Position numbers and translations under genes: made by a program
Part shown: positions 39,078 through 51,503 of the stretch, one piece after another
How the letters are laid out: each line of letters begins with the position of its first letter
Position numbering within the stretch: position 1 is the stretch's first letter
Notes under the pieces: generated by a model
Seen by the model: only the letters and a program-made list of their open reading frames with translations
Told to the model about the DNA's origin: nothing
Databases searched by the model: none
From: Planctomycetota bacterium
Lineage (GTDB): Bacteria > Planctomycetota > UBA1135 > UBA2386
Length of the DNA: 64,000 nucleotides
Assembly (NCBI GenBank): GCA_046290465.1
Contig: JBKAGP010000001.1
Span: forward strand, 4,128,001-4,192,000
Direction of reading: 5' to 3'

Positions 39078-42000
39078 GCAACACTGAGATGACGCACACC
39101 CAGAATCAGCAAGTCGGGAACCAGCAATCCGGCAACGAGGCCGGCACCTACTGGCGCAGCCTCGGCCAGTTGGAGAACTCGCAGGAGTTCCAGGAGATCC
39201 TGGCGCGCGAGTTCCCGGAAGGCATCACCGAAGCCCCCGACGCGGTCTCGCGTCGCGGCTTCCTCGGCGCCGTCGCCGCGTCGGTCGCGCTCGCAGGCAT
39301 GGCCGGCTGCCGCAAGCCGGAGACCAAGATCCTGCCGTTCACCAAGCGTCCGGAGGGCTTCAAGCCGGGCATCGCGCAGCAGTACGCGACGACGCTGACG
39401 CGCAACGGCTACGGCCTCGGCGTGCTCGTCAAGAGCAACGACGGCCGCCCGACCAAGATCGACGGCAACCCGGGCCACCCGAGCATGGGCGACGGCGGTT
39501 CGGACATGCAGCTGCAGGCCGAGCTGCTGCAGATGTACGACCCCAACCGCAGCCGCGAGGCCCGCAACCCGCACTCGGCGTCGCACGCCGAAGAAGAAGG
39601 GCACGGCGGTCACGGCGACGGGCACGGTGGCCACGAGGCGCACGAGGTCAACGTCTGGCAGGAGATGGCCGACTGGCTCGACGGCGACCAGGGTGCCGAC
39701 CTGCTCAACAAGCAGGGTCAGGGCATGCACGTCGTGATGCCGCCGAGCAGCTCGCCGACGCTGCTGGCCGCGGTCGCCCGCATGAAGAGCGGCAGCTTCC
39801 CGAAGGCCCGGTTCCACACCTGGAGCGCGCTCAACCAGGACCACGCGCTGCAGGGCGCGCAGATGGCCTTCGGCAAGCCGATGGCCGCCCACTACGACTA
39901 CGGCACGGCCGACGTCATCGTCTCGCTCGACTGCGACTTCCTCGCGACCGAGGGCGACAACGTCAAGAGCGCCAGCCAGTGGGGCAAGCGCCGCGCGCAG
40001 GCGCAGAACCCCAACCGCCTCTACGCCGTCGAGTCGCTCTACACGACCACCGGCACCGCGGCGGACCACCGCTTCCGCACCAAGAGCGGCGAGATCGCCG
40101 GCGTCGCGTTCGCGCTCGCCAGGCAGCTCGGCGTCGGCGCGGGCAGCGACCTGCAGGCCGCGCTCAACGGCCACTCGGCCGCCGCGTTCGAGAAGAACGG
40201 CAAGAAGTGGGTCGAGGAGATCGCCAAGGACCTGCAGTCGGCCAACGGCAAGAGCATCGTCGTCGCCGGCGCCACCCAGCCGCCGGTCGTGCACGCGATC
40301 GCGCACGCGATCAACGCCAAGCTCGGCAACCTCGGCAAGACCGTCACGATGACGGCCGTCGCCGACGGCATCGCCAGCAACTGCACCGCGCAGCTGCAGG
40401 AGCTCGCCGCCGCGCTCGCCGCCGGCACCTGTGAGACGCTGATCTTCCTCGGCACCAACCCGGTGCTCGACGGCCCGGCCGACCTCAAGCTCGGCCAGCT
40501 GCTCAAGGACAAGAAGCCGAAGACGACCATCCACGTCGGCCTCTACGACGACGAGACCGCGCACCTGTGCGACTGGCACTTCCCGATGACGCACGACCTC
40601 GAGGCGTGGGGCGATGCCCGCGCGCACGACGGCACGGTGTCGATGCAGCAGCCGCTGGTCGCGCCGCTGTTCGGCGGCGTCTCGGCGCTCGAGTTCCTGG
40701 CGTTCTTCAACCAGGACAGCGCCGGCAACGCGAGCTGGGACCTGCTCCCCGAAGGCCGTGACACGACCTTCGGCTACGAACTGGTCAAGCAGCACTGGCA
40801 GCAGCAGAGCGGCGCCCCGGACTTCGAGTCCAACTGGTGGCCCAACGCGCTGCACGCCGGCATGGTCGACGGCACCGGCCTCGCGGCCGAGACCGCGACG
40901 GTCAACGGCGGCGTGATCGCCACGGCGGTCACCGCCTGGCAGAAGCCGACCGGCATGGAAGTCGTCCTGCGCGGTTGCCCGAAGATGGCCGACGGCCGCT
41001 TCGCCAACAACTCGTGGATGGCGGAGATCCCGGACCCGATGACCAAGCTCAGCTGGGACAACGCCGCGATGCTGAGCATGGCGACCGCCCGTCAGCTCAA
41101 CGTCCAGAACGGCGACATGCTGACGATCAGCGCCAACGACGCGACGCTGCAGATCCCGGCGTGGATCCTGCCGGGTCACGCCGACGACAGCATCTCGATC
41201 TTCCTGGGCTGGGGCCGCAAGCTCGAGCACTGCAAGGTCGCCGCCGGCGCCGGCTTCAACGCCTACCCGCTGCGCACGAGCGCGCAGTCGTCGATCCTGA
41301 GCGGCGCCAGCGTCGGTCGGGGCAGCGGCTCGCACACGCTGGTCTGCACCCAGGAGCACGGCACGATGGCCGGCCGCGCGCTGGTGCGCGAGGCCGACGT
41401 CGCGACCAACAAGAAGGACCCGCGCTGGGCGCCGAAGATGTCGCCGCTCGACCAGGCCGCGCGCCTGCACGATCCGAAACACGGCACCGAGAAGGACCTC
41501 AACAAGTCCCTCTGGGAGGAGCGTGGCTACGACAAGGGCACCGCGTCCAAGGACGACGACGTGCGCAAGTCGCCCTACCAGTGGGGCATGGTGTTCGACC
41601 TCAACGCGTGCACCGGCTGCAGCGCCTGCATGACGGCGTGCGTCGCGGAGAACAACATCCCGATGGTCGGCAAGATCCAGGTCGCGCGGAACCGCGAGAT
41701 GTTCTGGATCCGCTGTGACCGCTACTTCAGCTCGACGGGCGAGGACGCGCTGTCGATGGCCGAGGACCCGCAGGTCGCGAGCATGCCGGTGCCGTGCATG
41801 CAGTGCGAGAACGCGCCGTGCGAGTCGGTGTGCCCGGTGGCGGCGACGATGCACAGCCCCGACGGCCTCAACGACATGGTCTACAACCGCTGCATCGGCA
41901 CCCGCTACTGCAGCAACAACTGCCCCTACAAGGTCCGCCGCTACAACTACCTCGACTACATCGGCAACGTGCCCGACACGAAGCAGATGGCGTTCAACCC

Positions 42001-42316
42001 CGACGTCACCGTTCGCAGCCGCGGCGTGATGGAGAAGTGCACCTACTGCGTGCAGCGCATCAACGGGGGCCGCATCGAGGCGAAGCTGAACGGCAAGAAG
42101 GTCGGCGACGGGGAGAACGACATCCGCGTCACCACGGCGTGCGCGCAGGCGTGCCCGACCCAGGCCATCACGTTCGGCAACATCATCGAGACGACCAGCA
42201 AGGTCGCCAAGCTCCGCGGCAGCGACCTCAACTACGGCCTGCTCTCCGAACTGAACACGAAGCCGCGCACCACCTACCTGGGCCGCGTGCGCAACCCGAA
42301 CCCCGCTCTCTCCTAA
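39074..42316 (+). CDS. actB: ACIII molybdopterin-oxidoreductase-like plus Fe-S subunit
   Basis: YWRSL, Tat motif SRRGFL, lipobox [48 protein letters not shown]. Confidence 0.95.
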   Translation: MSNTEMTHTQNQQVGNQQSGNEAGTYWRSLGQLENSQEFQEILAREFPEGITEAPDAVSRRGFLGAVAASVALAGMAGCRKPETKILPFTKRPEGFKPGIAQQYATTLTRNGYGLGVLVKSNDGRPTKIDGNPGHPSMGDGGSDMQLQAELLQMYDPNRSREARNPHSASHAEEEGHGGHGDGHGGHEAHEVNVWQEMADWLDGDQGADLLNKQGQGMHVVMPPSSSPTLLAAVARMKSGSFPKARFHTWSALNQDHALQGAQMAFGKPMAAHYDYGTADVIVSLDCDFLATEGDNVKSASQWGKRRAQAQNPNRLYAVESLYTTTGTAADHRFRTKSGEIAGVAFALARQLGVGAGSDLQAALNGHSAAAFEKNGKKWVEEIAKDLQSANGKSIVVAGATQPPVVHAIAHAINAKLGNLGKTVTMTAVADGIASNCTAQLQELAAALAAGTCETLIFLGTNPVLDGPADLKLGQLLKDKKPKTTIHVGLYDDETAHLCDWHFPMTHDLEAWGDARAHDGTVSMQQPLVAPLFGGVSALEFLAFFNQDSAGNASWDLLPEGRDTTFGYELVKQHWQQQSGAPDFESNWWPNALHAGMVDGTGLAAETATVNGGVIATAVTAWQKPTGMEVVLRGCPKMADGRFANNSWMAEIPDPMTKLSWDNAAMLSMATARQLNVQNGDMLTISANDATLQIPAWILPGHADDSISIFLGWGRKLEHCKVAAGAGFNAYPLRTSAQSSILSGASVGRGSGSHTLVCTQEHGTMAGRALVREADVATNKKDPRWAPKMSPLDQAARLHDPKHGTEKDLNKSLWEERGYDKGTASKDDDVRKSPYQWGMVFDLNACTGCSACMTACVAENNIPMVGKIQVARNREMFWIRCDRYFSSTGEDALSMAEDPQVASMPVPCMQCENAPCESVCPVAATMHSPDGLNDMVYNRCIGTRYCSNNCPYKVRRYNYLDYIGNVPDTKQMAFNPDVTVRSRGVMEKCTYCVQRINGGRIEAKLNGKKVGDGENDIRVTTACAQACPTQAITFGNIIETTSKVAKLRGSDLNYGLLSELNTKPRTTYLGRVRNPNPALS

Positions 42317-42329
42317 CGGGCCACTATCG

Positions 42330-43754
<1,425 letters not shown>

Positions 43755-43765
43755 GGACCCTACTG

Positions 43766-44302
43766 ATGACGACTAGCAACAAGTGGGGCGTGGTCGCCGA
43801 GTTCGACTCGGCGCAATCCATCTACCACGCCGCCGAGAAGCTCACGGCCGAGGGCTACACGCGCACCGACGCGCACACGCCCTTCCCGGTGCACGGCATC
43901 GACAAGAAGCTCAACCACCGCGAGAGCCCGCTCGGTTGGATCGTCGTGTGCTGCGGCTTCACCGGCATCTGCCTGGCGCAGCTGATGATGTATTGGATGA
44001 ACGCGGTCGACTACCCGTTCTGGGTCTCCGGCAAGGAGCCCTACGCGTGGCCGGCCACGATCCCGATCACGTTCGAGCTGATGGTCCTGCTCTCGGGTCT
44101 CGGCGCGGTCTTCGGCATGTTCGGCCTGAACAAGCTGCCGCGTCTGCACCACCCGATCTTCAACCACAGCACGATCCACCGTGTGACCGACGACCGCTTC
44201 TTCCTCTCGGTGGAAGCGACCGACCCCAAGTTCGACAGCCAGAAGACCGTGCAGTTCCTGCAGTCGATCGGTGGCACGAACGTCGAGATCATCGAGGACT
44301 GA
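43766..44302 (+). CDS. actD: ACIII subunit D (DUF3341)
   Basis: HTPFPVHGID, GK....P..PITFELMVL, TDDRF. Confidence 0.92.
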   Translation: MTTSNKWGVVAEFDSAQSIYHAAEKLTAEGYTRTDAHTPFPVHGIDKKLNHRESPLGWIVVCCGFTGICLAQLMMYWMNAVDYPFWVSGKEPYAWPATIPITFELMVLLSGLGAVFGMFGLNKLPRLHHPIFNHSTIHRVTDDRFFLSVEATDPKFDSQKTVQFLQSIGGTNVEIIED

Positions 44303-44310
44303 TACCAACC

Positions 44311-44973
44311 ATGTTCTCCAAGAAGACTGTGACCCTGCTCCCGCTCCTGGCCGTGACGCTGTCGCTCGCCAGCTGTGAGGACTTCCGTGGCTTCCCCTCG
44401 GAGAAGCCGCCGATCCACCCGGTCCTCGACATGGACTTCCAGCCGAAGCTGCGCTCCCAGTCGGAGCACGAGTTCGAAGGCTGGAAGGACCACCGCGGCG
44501 CGCGTCGCCCGGTGTCGGACTCGTTCGGCAACACGCTCGTCGTCGCCCGCGGCAGCCTGCCCGACGCGAAGTACGCGCACCGCGACGGCAACGGCCAATA
44601 CGTGACCAGCAACCCCCTGCCGCTGACGCACAAGTTCATGGTCCGCGGCAAGGAGATGTCGACCATCGACCGCGGCCAGGAGCGCTTCGAGATCTTCTGC
44701 TCGATGTGCCACGGCCAGACGGGCCTGGGCGGCAACGGCCCGACGGGCCACGGTCCGGTCGGTCGTCGCTGGCCGGTCGCCGTGCCGAACTTCCACGTCA
44801 ACAAGGCCGACGGCGCCGACAACCGCGTCGCCAACCTGCCCGACGGCGAGATCTTCGAGACCATCACGACCGGTAAGGGCACCACGATGCCCGGCTACGG
44901 TGCCCGCCTCAGCGTCGAAGACCGCTGGGCGATCGTCCACTACGTCCGCGCCCTCCAGTCCCTGAGCAACTAA
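44311..44973 (+). CDS. actE: ACIII monoheme cytochrome c lipoprotein
   Basis: Lipobox LASC; CSMCHG; MPGY; DRWAIVHYVRALQ. Confidence 0.92.
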   Translation: MFSKKTVTLLPLLAVTLSLASCEDFRGFPSEKPPIHPVLDMDFQPKLRSQSEHEFEGWKDHRGARRPVSDSFGNTLVVARGSLPDAKYAHRDGNGQYVTSNPLPLTHKFMVRGKEMSTIDRGQERFEIFCSMCHGQTGLGGNGPTGHGPVGRRWPVAVPNFHVNKADGADNRVANLPDGEIFETITTGKGTTMPGYGARLSVEDRWAIVHYVRALQSLSN

Positions 44974-46316
44974 TGACCTCCACTGCAACTCCCGCGACGG
45001 CTGCGAGCCTGCAGCAGCTCGCGCCCGACATCACGCCGAAGGTCAAGGAAGGCGACCTGAAGACGGCCCAGACGGGCCTGCTGGTCGCCGGTGTCGTGCT
45101 CACGGCACTCGGCTACTTCCTGGGCCACCACGCGGTCTCGTACCTCGTCGGGTACATGGGCGTCATCGGCATCTGCCTCGGCGCGCTGTTCTTCACGATG
45201 ATCCAGCACATCACCCGTGCTGGCTGGAGCGTCTCCGTGCGCCGCGTGACCGAGAACATCGCCGGCACGCTGCCGTTCATGCTGGTGCTGTTCATCCCGA
45301 TCGTCGTCGGGTTCGACGAGATCTACCACCACTGGACGGCGGACACGGTCAACATCACCGACAAGGACGCCGCCAACTACGACGCGGTGCTCGCCGGCAA
45401 GTCGGGCTTCCTGAACTCGACGTTCTTCTTCGTCCGCGTCGCGATCTACTTCGCGATCTGGATCGGCCTGGCCCTCTACTTCCGCGGCCAGTCGATCAAG
45501 CAGGACGAGACCGGGGATCCCGCACTCAGCATGCGCATGTCGCAGGTGGCCGCCCCCGGCCTGCTGCTGTTCGCGCTGTCGCTGACGTTCGCCTCGTTCG
45601 ACTGGGTCATGTCGATCGACCCGCACTGGTTCTCGACGATCTTCGGCGTCGCGTTCTTCGCCGGCGCCGTGATGGCGTCGCTCGGCTTCACGATCGTGCT
45701 GATCATGTGGCTGCAGAAGAAGGGCTACTACACCACCGCGATCACGAAGGAGCACTTCCACGATCTCGGCAAGCTGATGTGGGCGTTCATGCTGTTCTGG
45801 ACGTACACCAACTTCAGCCAGTACATGCTGATCTGGTACGCGAACCTGCCGGAAGAGACCGCCTGGTACGACCTCCGCACGCACGGCGGTTGGGGCGCGG
45901 TCGGCCCGATCCTGATCGTCGGCCACTTCCTGTTCCCGTTCGTGTTCCTGATGTCGCGCAACATGAAGCGCCACCGCGTCGCGCTGCCGGCCGGTGCCAT
46001 CTTCCTGATGGTCATCCACTGCATCGACATGCAGTACCTGATCCTGCCGTCGGCCCTGTCGGGCCACGAGCACGGTGACCACGGCGGCGACGGTGGCGTC
46101 ATCGGTGCCGCCGCCGAAACCGCCGGCGAGCACGCCGACGGCTTCGGCGCGCAGCTCGGCCAGTACTTCAGCACGATCGAGTTCGGCGACTTCGGCTGCT
46201 TCTTCGGTCTGCTGTTCGTCGTCGCCGGCCTGACGATCATGAACGTGCGCCGCACGAACCTGATCCCGCTGCGCGATCCGCGCCTCCGCGAGTCCCTCAA
46301 CTTCCACAACTTCTAA
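44973..46316 (+). CDS. actF: ACIII membrane subunit F
   Basis: DWVMSIDPHWFSTIFG, HDLGKL, FSQYMLIWYANLPEE. Confidence 0.93.
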   Translation: MTSTATPATAASLQQLAPDITPKVKEGDLKTAQTGLLVAGVVLTALGYFLGHHAVSYLVGYMGVIGICLGALFFTMIQHITRAGWSVSVRRVTENIAGTLPFMLVLFIPIVVGFDEIYHHWTADTVNITDKDAANYDAVLAGKSGFLNSTFFFVRVAIYFAIWIGLALYFRGQSIKQDETGDPALSMRMSQVAAPGLLLFALSLTFASFDWVMSIDPHWFSTIFGVAFFAGAVMASLGFTIVLIMWLQKKGYYTTAITKEHFHDLGKLMWAFMLFWTYTNFSQYMLIWYANLPEETAWYDLRTHGGWGAVGPILIVGHFLFPFVFLMSRNMKRHRVALPAGAIFLMVIHCIDMQYLILPSALSGHEHGDHGGDGGVIGAAAETAGEHADGFGAQLGQYFSTIEFGDFGCFFGLLFVVAGLTIMNVRRTNLIPLRDPRLRESLNFHNF

Positions 46317-46320
46317 AGCC

Positions 46321-46614
46321 ATGGATCACGCTCCCGGAGCTACCCACGAAGCGGTCCCGCTCGATCCCGAGAACGACATCGACGCCAAGTCGGCGACCCG
46401 CTGGGTCATCGGCGGCTCGATCGTGCTGTTCCTCTCGCTGTGGGTGATGGTGCCGATCTTCGTGCAGGTGCAGGACTACGAGCACCGCCGCAAGGTCGAC
46501 CAGGCCCCCAACACCGAGCTCGACAAGATCCTCGAGACCGAGCGTTCGTTCCTGTCGGGTGGCAACCCCAACAAGAAGAACATCGACGACGTCGTCGACG
46601 GCCTTCGCCGCTGA
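46321..46614 (+). CDS. Small single-TM protein within the ACIII/oxidase operon (possible ActG-like accessory subunit)
   Basis: One TM helix; sits between actF and the SCO gene. Confidence 0.55.
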   Translation: MDHAPGATHEAVPLDPENDIDAKSATRWVIGGSIVLFLSLWVMVPIFVQVQDYEHRRKVDQAPNTELDKILETERSFLSGGNPNKKNIDDVVDGLRR

Positions 46615-46627
46615 GCGCCACGTCCTA

Positions 46628-47521
46628 ATGGACCGCATGAGATCCCCGCTGCACATCCTCCTGACCGCCGCCCTGCTGAGCCCGCTCGCGCCGGCCCAGG
46701 GTCCGGGCCACTCGCCGACCAAGGATCTCGAGGTCGTCGACGAGGGGGCGCAGCAGCTGGACAGCATCGGTCGCATGGTCGATCGCAACCTGCAGTTCAC
46801 CGACGAGCGCGGCTACCCGTTCTCGCTCAAGCAGGTGTTCCCGGGCGAGCAGCCGGTCGTGCTGATGCTCGGCTACTACAGCTGCCCGGCGATGTGCGGC
46901 CAGGTGCTCGAGGCGGCGTTCTGGTCGCTGAGCCAGGTCGACCTCGAGCCCGGCATCGACTACCGCATCCTCAACGTCTCGATCGATCCGAAGGAAGACG
47001 TCGGGGTCGCCAAGAACCGCAAGACCGCGTTCCTGGACCGGCTCAACAAGGCCGGCCGCGACGAGGCCTGGCGGGTGCTGGTCGGCGACGAGGCCAACTC
47101 GTCGGCGCTCGCCGAGCAGGTCGGCTTCCAGTACTACTGGTCGGAGGCGACCAGGCAGTTCGCGCACCCGCCGTCGGTGATCTTCCTGACCCCCGAGGGC
47201 AAGGTCAGCCGCGTCATCGTCAACACCTACTTCGAACCCGAAGACATGCGCCTCGCTCTGGTCGAAGCCAGCGAAGGCACCCTCGGGACGTTCTGGGACC
47301 AGGTGAAGCTCAACTGCCTCACCTTCGATCCCCGGACCAACACCTACTCCATGGCCGCCATGACGCTGATGCGCATCGGCGGCGCCGTGACGGTCGTCGT
47401 GCTGGCCGCGATGATCTGGATCATGCTGCGTCGCGAGCGGCGCAAGGCACGGTCCGAAGCTTCAGATACCTCAACCCCTGGCAACTCCGAACCAGCCACC
47501 TCCCCCGCTGGCCAGGCCTAG
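46628..47521 (+). CDS. SCO family copper chaperone
   Basis: YYSCPAMC, SIDP, FAHP, C-terminal TM; directly upstream of coxB. Confidence 0.9.
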   Translation: MDRMRSPLHILLTAALLSPLAPAQGPGHSPTKDLEVVDEGAQQLDSIGRMVDRNLQFTDERGYPFSLKQVFPGEQPVVLMLGYYSCPAMCGQVLEAAFWSLSQVDLEPGIDYRILNVSIDPKEDVGVAKNRKTAFLDRLNKAGRDEAWRVLVGDEANSSALAEQVGFQYYWSEATRQFAHPPSVIFLTPEGKVSRVIVNTYFEPEDMRLALVEASEGTLGTFWDQVKLNCLTFDPRTNTYSMAAMTLMRIGGAVTVVVLAAMIWIMLRRERRKARSEASDTSTPGNSEPATSPAGQA

Positions 47522-47539
47522 CCAATACCGAGTGCAGCC

Positions 47540-48619
47540 GTGATCAACCATCTGATCCAAGACCCGCAAGACCCGCCGAAGACCCCTTGGGACGGCATGA
47601 CGCCGCCCACGGTCGACGAGTACGGCCAGCTCACCGAGCTGGCCAGCACGTTCGACCACGTCGACGGCCTGTTCTACTTCACCTACGCCGTCTGCATCTT
47701 CTTCTTCGTGCTGATCACCGGCGTGCTGCTCTACTCGGCCGTCGCGCACCGGCGGAAGACGTGGGACCAGAAGCCGATCTCGAACTTCACGCACAACACG
47801 CCGCTCGAGGTCATCTGGACGATCATCCCGCTGATCATCGTGATGGTGATGTTCGCGTGGGGCTTCAAGGGCTCGCTCGACATGACCACGGTGCCGCACG
47901 AGGCGCAGCAGAACACCTACAAGGCCACCGCCAAGCAGTGGAACTGGTCGTTCACCTACCCGAACGGCACGCAGAGCTTCAGCGAGGTCTGGGTCGAGGT
48001 CGACAAGCCGGTGCAGTTCATCATCGAATCGACCGACGTGCTGCACGCGTTCTACCTGCCGTCGATGCGCGTCAAGCGCGACGTCATCCCGGGCCGCTAC
48101 CAGTCGGTCTGGTTCCACCCGACCAAGCAGGGCGACTTCCACCTGTTCTGCGCCGAGTACTGCGGCGACGACCACTCCCGCATGTATGCGAAGCTGCACG
48201 TCGTCGACGCCGAGACCTACGCGAAGGAGCCGTGGAACGTGGTCCCCGACCTCGACGCGCCGATCGCGGACAAGGTCGAGTACGGCAAGACGCTGGCCGG
48301 CCAGCTCTGCTCCAGCTGCCACTCGTTCAACGGCTCGAAGGGCGTCGGCCCGAGCTGGAAGGCGGGCGGCGACGAGCCCGGCCTGTTCAAGAAGGACGGC
48401 GACAACTACGTCGGCACGACCCGCGACGTGATCGAGAACGGTGAGACCAAGTCGATCACCGTCGACGAGGAGTACATCAAGGAGTCGATCGCGATGCCCT
48501 CGCAGAAGATCGTCGCGCGCGACCCCTACAACAAGGGCGGCATGTCTGCCTTCGACAACCTCGACGAGAAGCGCGTGGCCTGCCTGATCGCGTTCATGAA
48601 GTCGCTGGCCGACAACTAG
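47540..48619 (+). CDS. coxB: Cytochrome c oxidase subunit II with fused cytochrome c (caa3 type)
   Basis: [24 protein letters not shown] (CuA), CSSCH. Confidence 0.95.
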   Translation: MINHLIQDPQDPPKTPWDGMTPPTVDEYGQLTELASTFDHVDGLFYFTYAVCIFFFVLITGVLLYSAVAHRRKTWDQKPISNFTHNTPLEVIWTIIPLIIVMVMFAWGFKGSLDMTTVPHEAQQNTYKATAKQWNWSFTYPNGTQSFSEVWVEVDKPVQFIIESTDVLHAFYLPSMRVKRDVIPGRYQSVWFHPTKQGDFHLFCAEYCGDDHSRMYAKLHVVDAETYAKEPWNVVPDLDAPIADKVEYGKTLAGQLCSSCHSFNGSKGVGPSWKAGGDEPGLFKKDGDNYVGTTRDVIENGETKSITVDEEYIKESIAMPSQKIVARDPYNKGGMSAFDNLDEKRVACLIAFMKSLADN

Positions 48620-48630
48620 AGGAACCAACC

Positions 48631-50289
48631 ATGACGACCAACACCCCTCCCGTTGACGTTTCGGTTGCCACGCCGGCCCCGCCGCGCGAGGACTACCTGA
48701 ACTGCTCCAAGGGCATCATGTCCTGGCTCGGTACGCTCGATCACAAGCGGATCGGCATCATGTACCTGATCGGCGTAGGCATCGCCTTCCTGTCGGGCGG
48801 CCTGTTCGCCCTGCTGGTCCGCCTGCACCTCTGGGAGCCCGAAGGTCTGCTGTTCACCAACCAGACCTACAACCAGATCTTCACCCTGCACGGCGCCTTC
48901 ATGGTGTTCCTGTTCGTGATCCCGGCGATCCCGGGATCGATCGGGAACATGGTGCTGCCGCTGATGGTGGGGGCCAAGGACGTGGCGCTGCCGCGCCTCA
49001 ACCTGCTGTCGTTCTACCTGTGGCTGACCGGCGCCGTGCTCGCGGCGCTCGCGATCATCATGGGCGGCTTCGATACCGGCTGGACGTTCTACGCGCCGTA
49101 CTCGATCTACACCGACCAGGCGGTCGTGACGATCGGCCTGGCGATCTTCATCCTCGGCTTCAGCTCGATCTTCACCGGCCTGAACTTCATCGTCACGGTG
49201 CACAAGCTGCGCGCGCCGGGCATGACGTGGTTCCGCCTGCCGCTGTTCGTCTGGGCCCTCTACGCCACCTCGCTGCTGCAGGTGCTGGCCACGCCGGTGC
49301 TCGGCATCACGGTGCTGCTGGTCGCGTTCGAACGCCTCTACCACATCGGCATCTTCGACCCGCGCCTCGGCGGCGACCCGGTGCTGTTCGAGCACTTCTT
49401 CTGGTTCTACAGCCACCCGGCCGTCTACATCATGGTGCTGCCGGCCTTCGGCATCATCAGCGAGCTGGTCACGGTCCACAGCCGCAAGCCGCTGTTCGGC
49501 TACAAGCTGATCGCGTTCAGCTCGCTGGCGATCGCCATCATCAGCTTCCTGGTGTGGGGCCACCACATGTTCACGTCGGGTCAGTCGACCTACGCGATGT
49601 TCGCGTTCTCCTTCCTGACCTTCTTCGTGGCCATCCCGACGGCCATCAAGGAGTTCAGCTGGGTGGCGACGGTCTGGCGCGGCTCGGTCGCGCTCAACTC
49701 GCCGATGCTCTACACGCTGGCCTTCCTGATCATCTTCGCGATCGGCGGCCTGACCGGCGTGATCCTCGGCGCGCTCAACGTCGACCTGCACCTGCACGAC
49801 ACCTACTTCGTCGTGGCCCACTTCCACTACGTGATGATGGGCTCGATCGCGCTGGCGTTCTTCGCCGGCCTGCACCACTGGTGGCCGAAGATGTTCGGCA
49901 AGATGTACAACGAGACGCTGGCCAAGCTGGCGTGCGGCATAATCTTCGTCGGCTTCAACCTGACGTTCCTGCCGCAGTTCATCATGGGCAGCCGCGGCAT
50001 GCCGCGTCGCTACGCCACCTACGTGCCGGAATACGCCGACTTCCACCAGTGGTCGACGATCGGCGCGATGATCCTCGGCGCGGGCGTCGCGCTGATGGTC
50101 TTCTACCTGGTCGCCTCGCTGCTGACCGGCAAGAAGGCGAAGGAGAACCAGTGGGGCGGTGTCACGCTCGACTGGAGGTGCCCGACGCCGCCGCCGCACC
50201 TCAACTTCGACGACGAGCCGAAGGTCGTCCACGAGGTCTACGACTACTCGACGCTCGACTACGAGTCGATGCAGCGTGACGCGACCTAG
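48631..50289 (+). CDS. coxA: Cytochrome c oxidase subunit I, type A2
   Basis: [34 protein letters not shown]. Confidence 0.97.
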   Translation: MTTNTPPVDVSVATPAPPREDYLNCSKGIMSWLGTLDHKRIGIMYLIGVGIAFLSGGLFALLVRLHLWEPEGLLFTNQTYNQIFTLHGAFMVFLFVIPAIPGSIGNMVLPLMVGAKDVALPRLNLLSFYLWLTGAVLAALAIIMGGFDTGWTFYAPYSIYTDQAVVTIGLAIFILGFSSIFTGLNFIVTVHKLRAPGMTWFRLPLFVWALYATSLLQVLATPVLGITVLLVAFERLYHIGIFDPRLGGDPVLFEHFFWFYSHPAVYIMVLPAFGIISELVTVHSRKPLFGYKLIAFSSLAIAIISFLVWGHHMFTSGQSTYAMFAFSFLTFFVAIPTAIKEFSWVATVWRGSVALNSPMLYTLAFLIIFAIGGLTGVILGALNVDLHLHDTYFVVAHFHYVMMGSIALAFFAGLHHWWPKMFGKMYNETLAKLACGIIFVGFNLTFLPQFIMGSRGMPRRYATYVPEYADFHQWSTIGAMILGAGVALMVFYLVASLLTGKKAKENQWGGVTLDWRCPTPPPHLNFDDEPKVVHEVYDYSTLDYESMQRDAT

Positions 50290-50351
50290 TCGCGTCCCCG
50301 CTCCAGCCACGCACACGCACTGTTCGCTACAGCCAACATTCAGGATCGTTC

Positions 50352-51086
50352 ATGAGTCACGATGATCACCACGCGGTAACGATCCCGGCCCCGGGGCCGG
50401 AGTTCGTCCCGCACGAGGTGGCGCACCACTTCAACACGCCGGTTCAGGAGTTCCAGGCGGGCAAGCTCGGCTTCTGGCTGTTCCTCGCCACGGAAATCCT
50501 GCTCTTCGGCGGACTGTTCGCTGCCTACTTCTACTACCACGAGATGTACCCCGAGACGTTCGTGCTCGGCGGCAAGCAGCTCGACTGGCAGCTCGGCGCC
50601 CTCAACACGTCGGTGCTGCTGCTGAGCTCGTGGACGATGGCGATGGGCGTGCGTTCGGCGCAGACCAGCCAGAAGAAGAAGACGCTGATGTTCCTGGGGC
50701 TCACCGTGCTCGGCGCGGCGATCTTCATGGTCATCAAGTTCTTCGAGTACAAGGCGAAGAACGAGCACGGCCTGATCGAGTTCGCGCACCTGTTCGAGCC
50801 CTACAACGACGCGACCGGGCAGCTGCCGTGGTTCACCGACCACGACAACGTCATGGCCGGCGTGCCGCACGGCCACATGTTCTTCGCGATCTACCTGACG
50901 ATGACCGCGATCCACGGCCTGCACGTCGTCATCGGCGCCGGCCTGATCATCTGGGTCATGGTCGGCACCGCGAAGGGTCGCTTCCACGCCGGCTACTACA
51001 TGCCCGTCGACCTGGTCGGCCTCTACTGGCACCTCGTCGACCTGATCTGGATCTTCCTGTTCCCGCTGCTCTACCTGGTCCCCTGA
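50352..51086 (+). CDS. coxC: Cytochrome c oxidase subunit III
   Basis: GFWLFLATE, NTSVLLLSS, HGLHV, YWHLVD. Confidence 0.95.
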   Translation: MSHDDHHAVTIPAPGPEFVPHEVAHHFNTPVQEFQAGKLGFWLFLATEILLFGGLFAAYFYYHEMYPETFVLGGKQLDWQLGALNTSVLLLSSWTMAMGVRSAQTSQKKKTLMFLGLTVLGAAIFMVIKFFEYKAKNEHGLIEFAHLFEPYNDATGQLPWFTDHDNVMAGVPHGHMFFAIYLTMTAIHGLHVVIGAGLIIWVMVGTAKGRFHAGYYMPVDLVGLYWHLVDLIWIFLFPLLYLVP

Positions 51087-51502
51087 TGTCCGACGCACAC
51101 GACACCCACGCCGATGGCCACGGCCACGGCGAACTGGACATGGGTCACCACCATGTCTCCAGCTCGGCGATGTTCTTCAGCGTCCTGGTGGCGCTGCTGT
51201 TCCTGACCTTCATCACGGTCGCCGTCGCGCAGTTCGACTTCGGCTCGGCCAACATGCTGATCGCGATGGGCATCGCCGCCGTCAAGGCGTCGCTGGTCAT
51301 CGCCTTCTTCATGCACGTGAAGTGGGACACCGCGATCAACAAGATCGTGTTCCTGAGCTCGTTCCTGTTCTTGTCCCTGCTGTTCGTGTTCACCCTGGCC
51401 GACCTGTTCACGCGTCGCCTGGACCACGAACTGCACACGACCAAGTCGCCGGTCGACAAGCAGTGGACGCACCCGAGCAACCTCCCGGACGGCGGTCACT
51501 AA
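51086..51502 (+). CDS. coxD: Cytochrome c oxidase subunit IV family protein
   Basis: LLFLTFITV, IAAVKASLV..FFMHVK; TGATG overlap with coxC. Confidence 0.88.
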   Translation: MSDAHDTHADGHGHGELDMGHHHVSSSAMFFSVLVALLFLTFITVAVAQFDFGSANMLIAMGIAAVKASLVIAFFMHVKWDTAINKIVFLSSFLFLSLLFVFTLADLFTRRLDHELHTTKSPVDKQWTHPSNLPDGGH

Positions 51503-51503
51503 A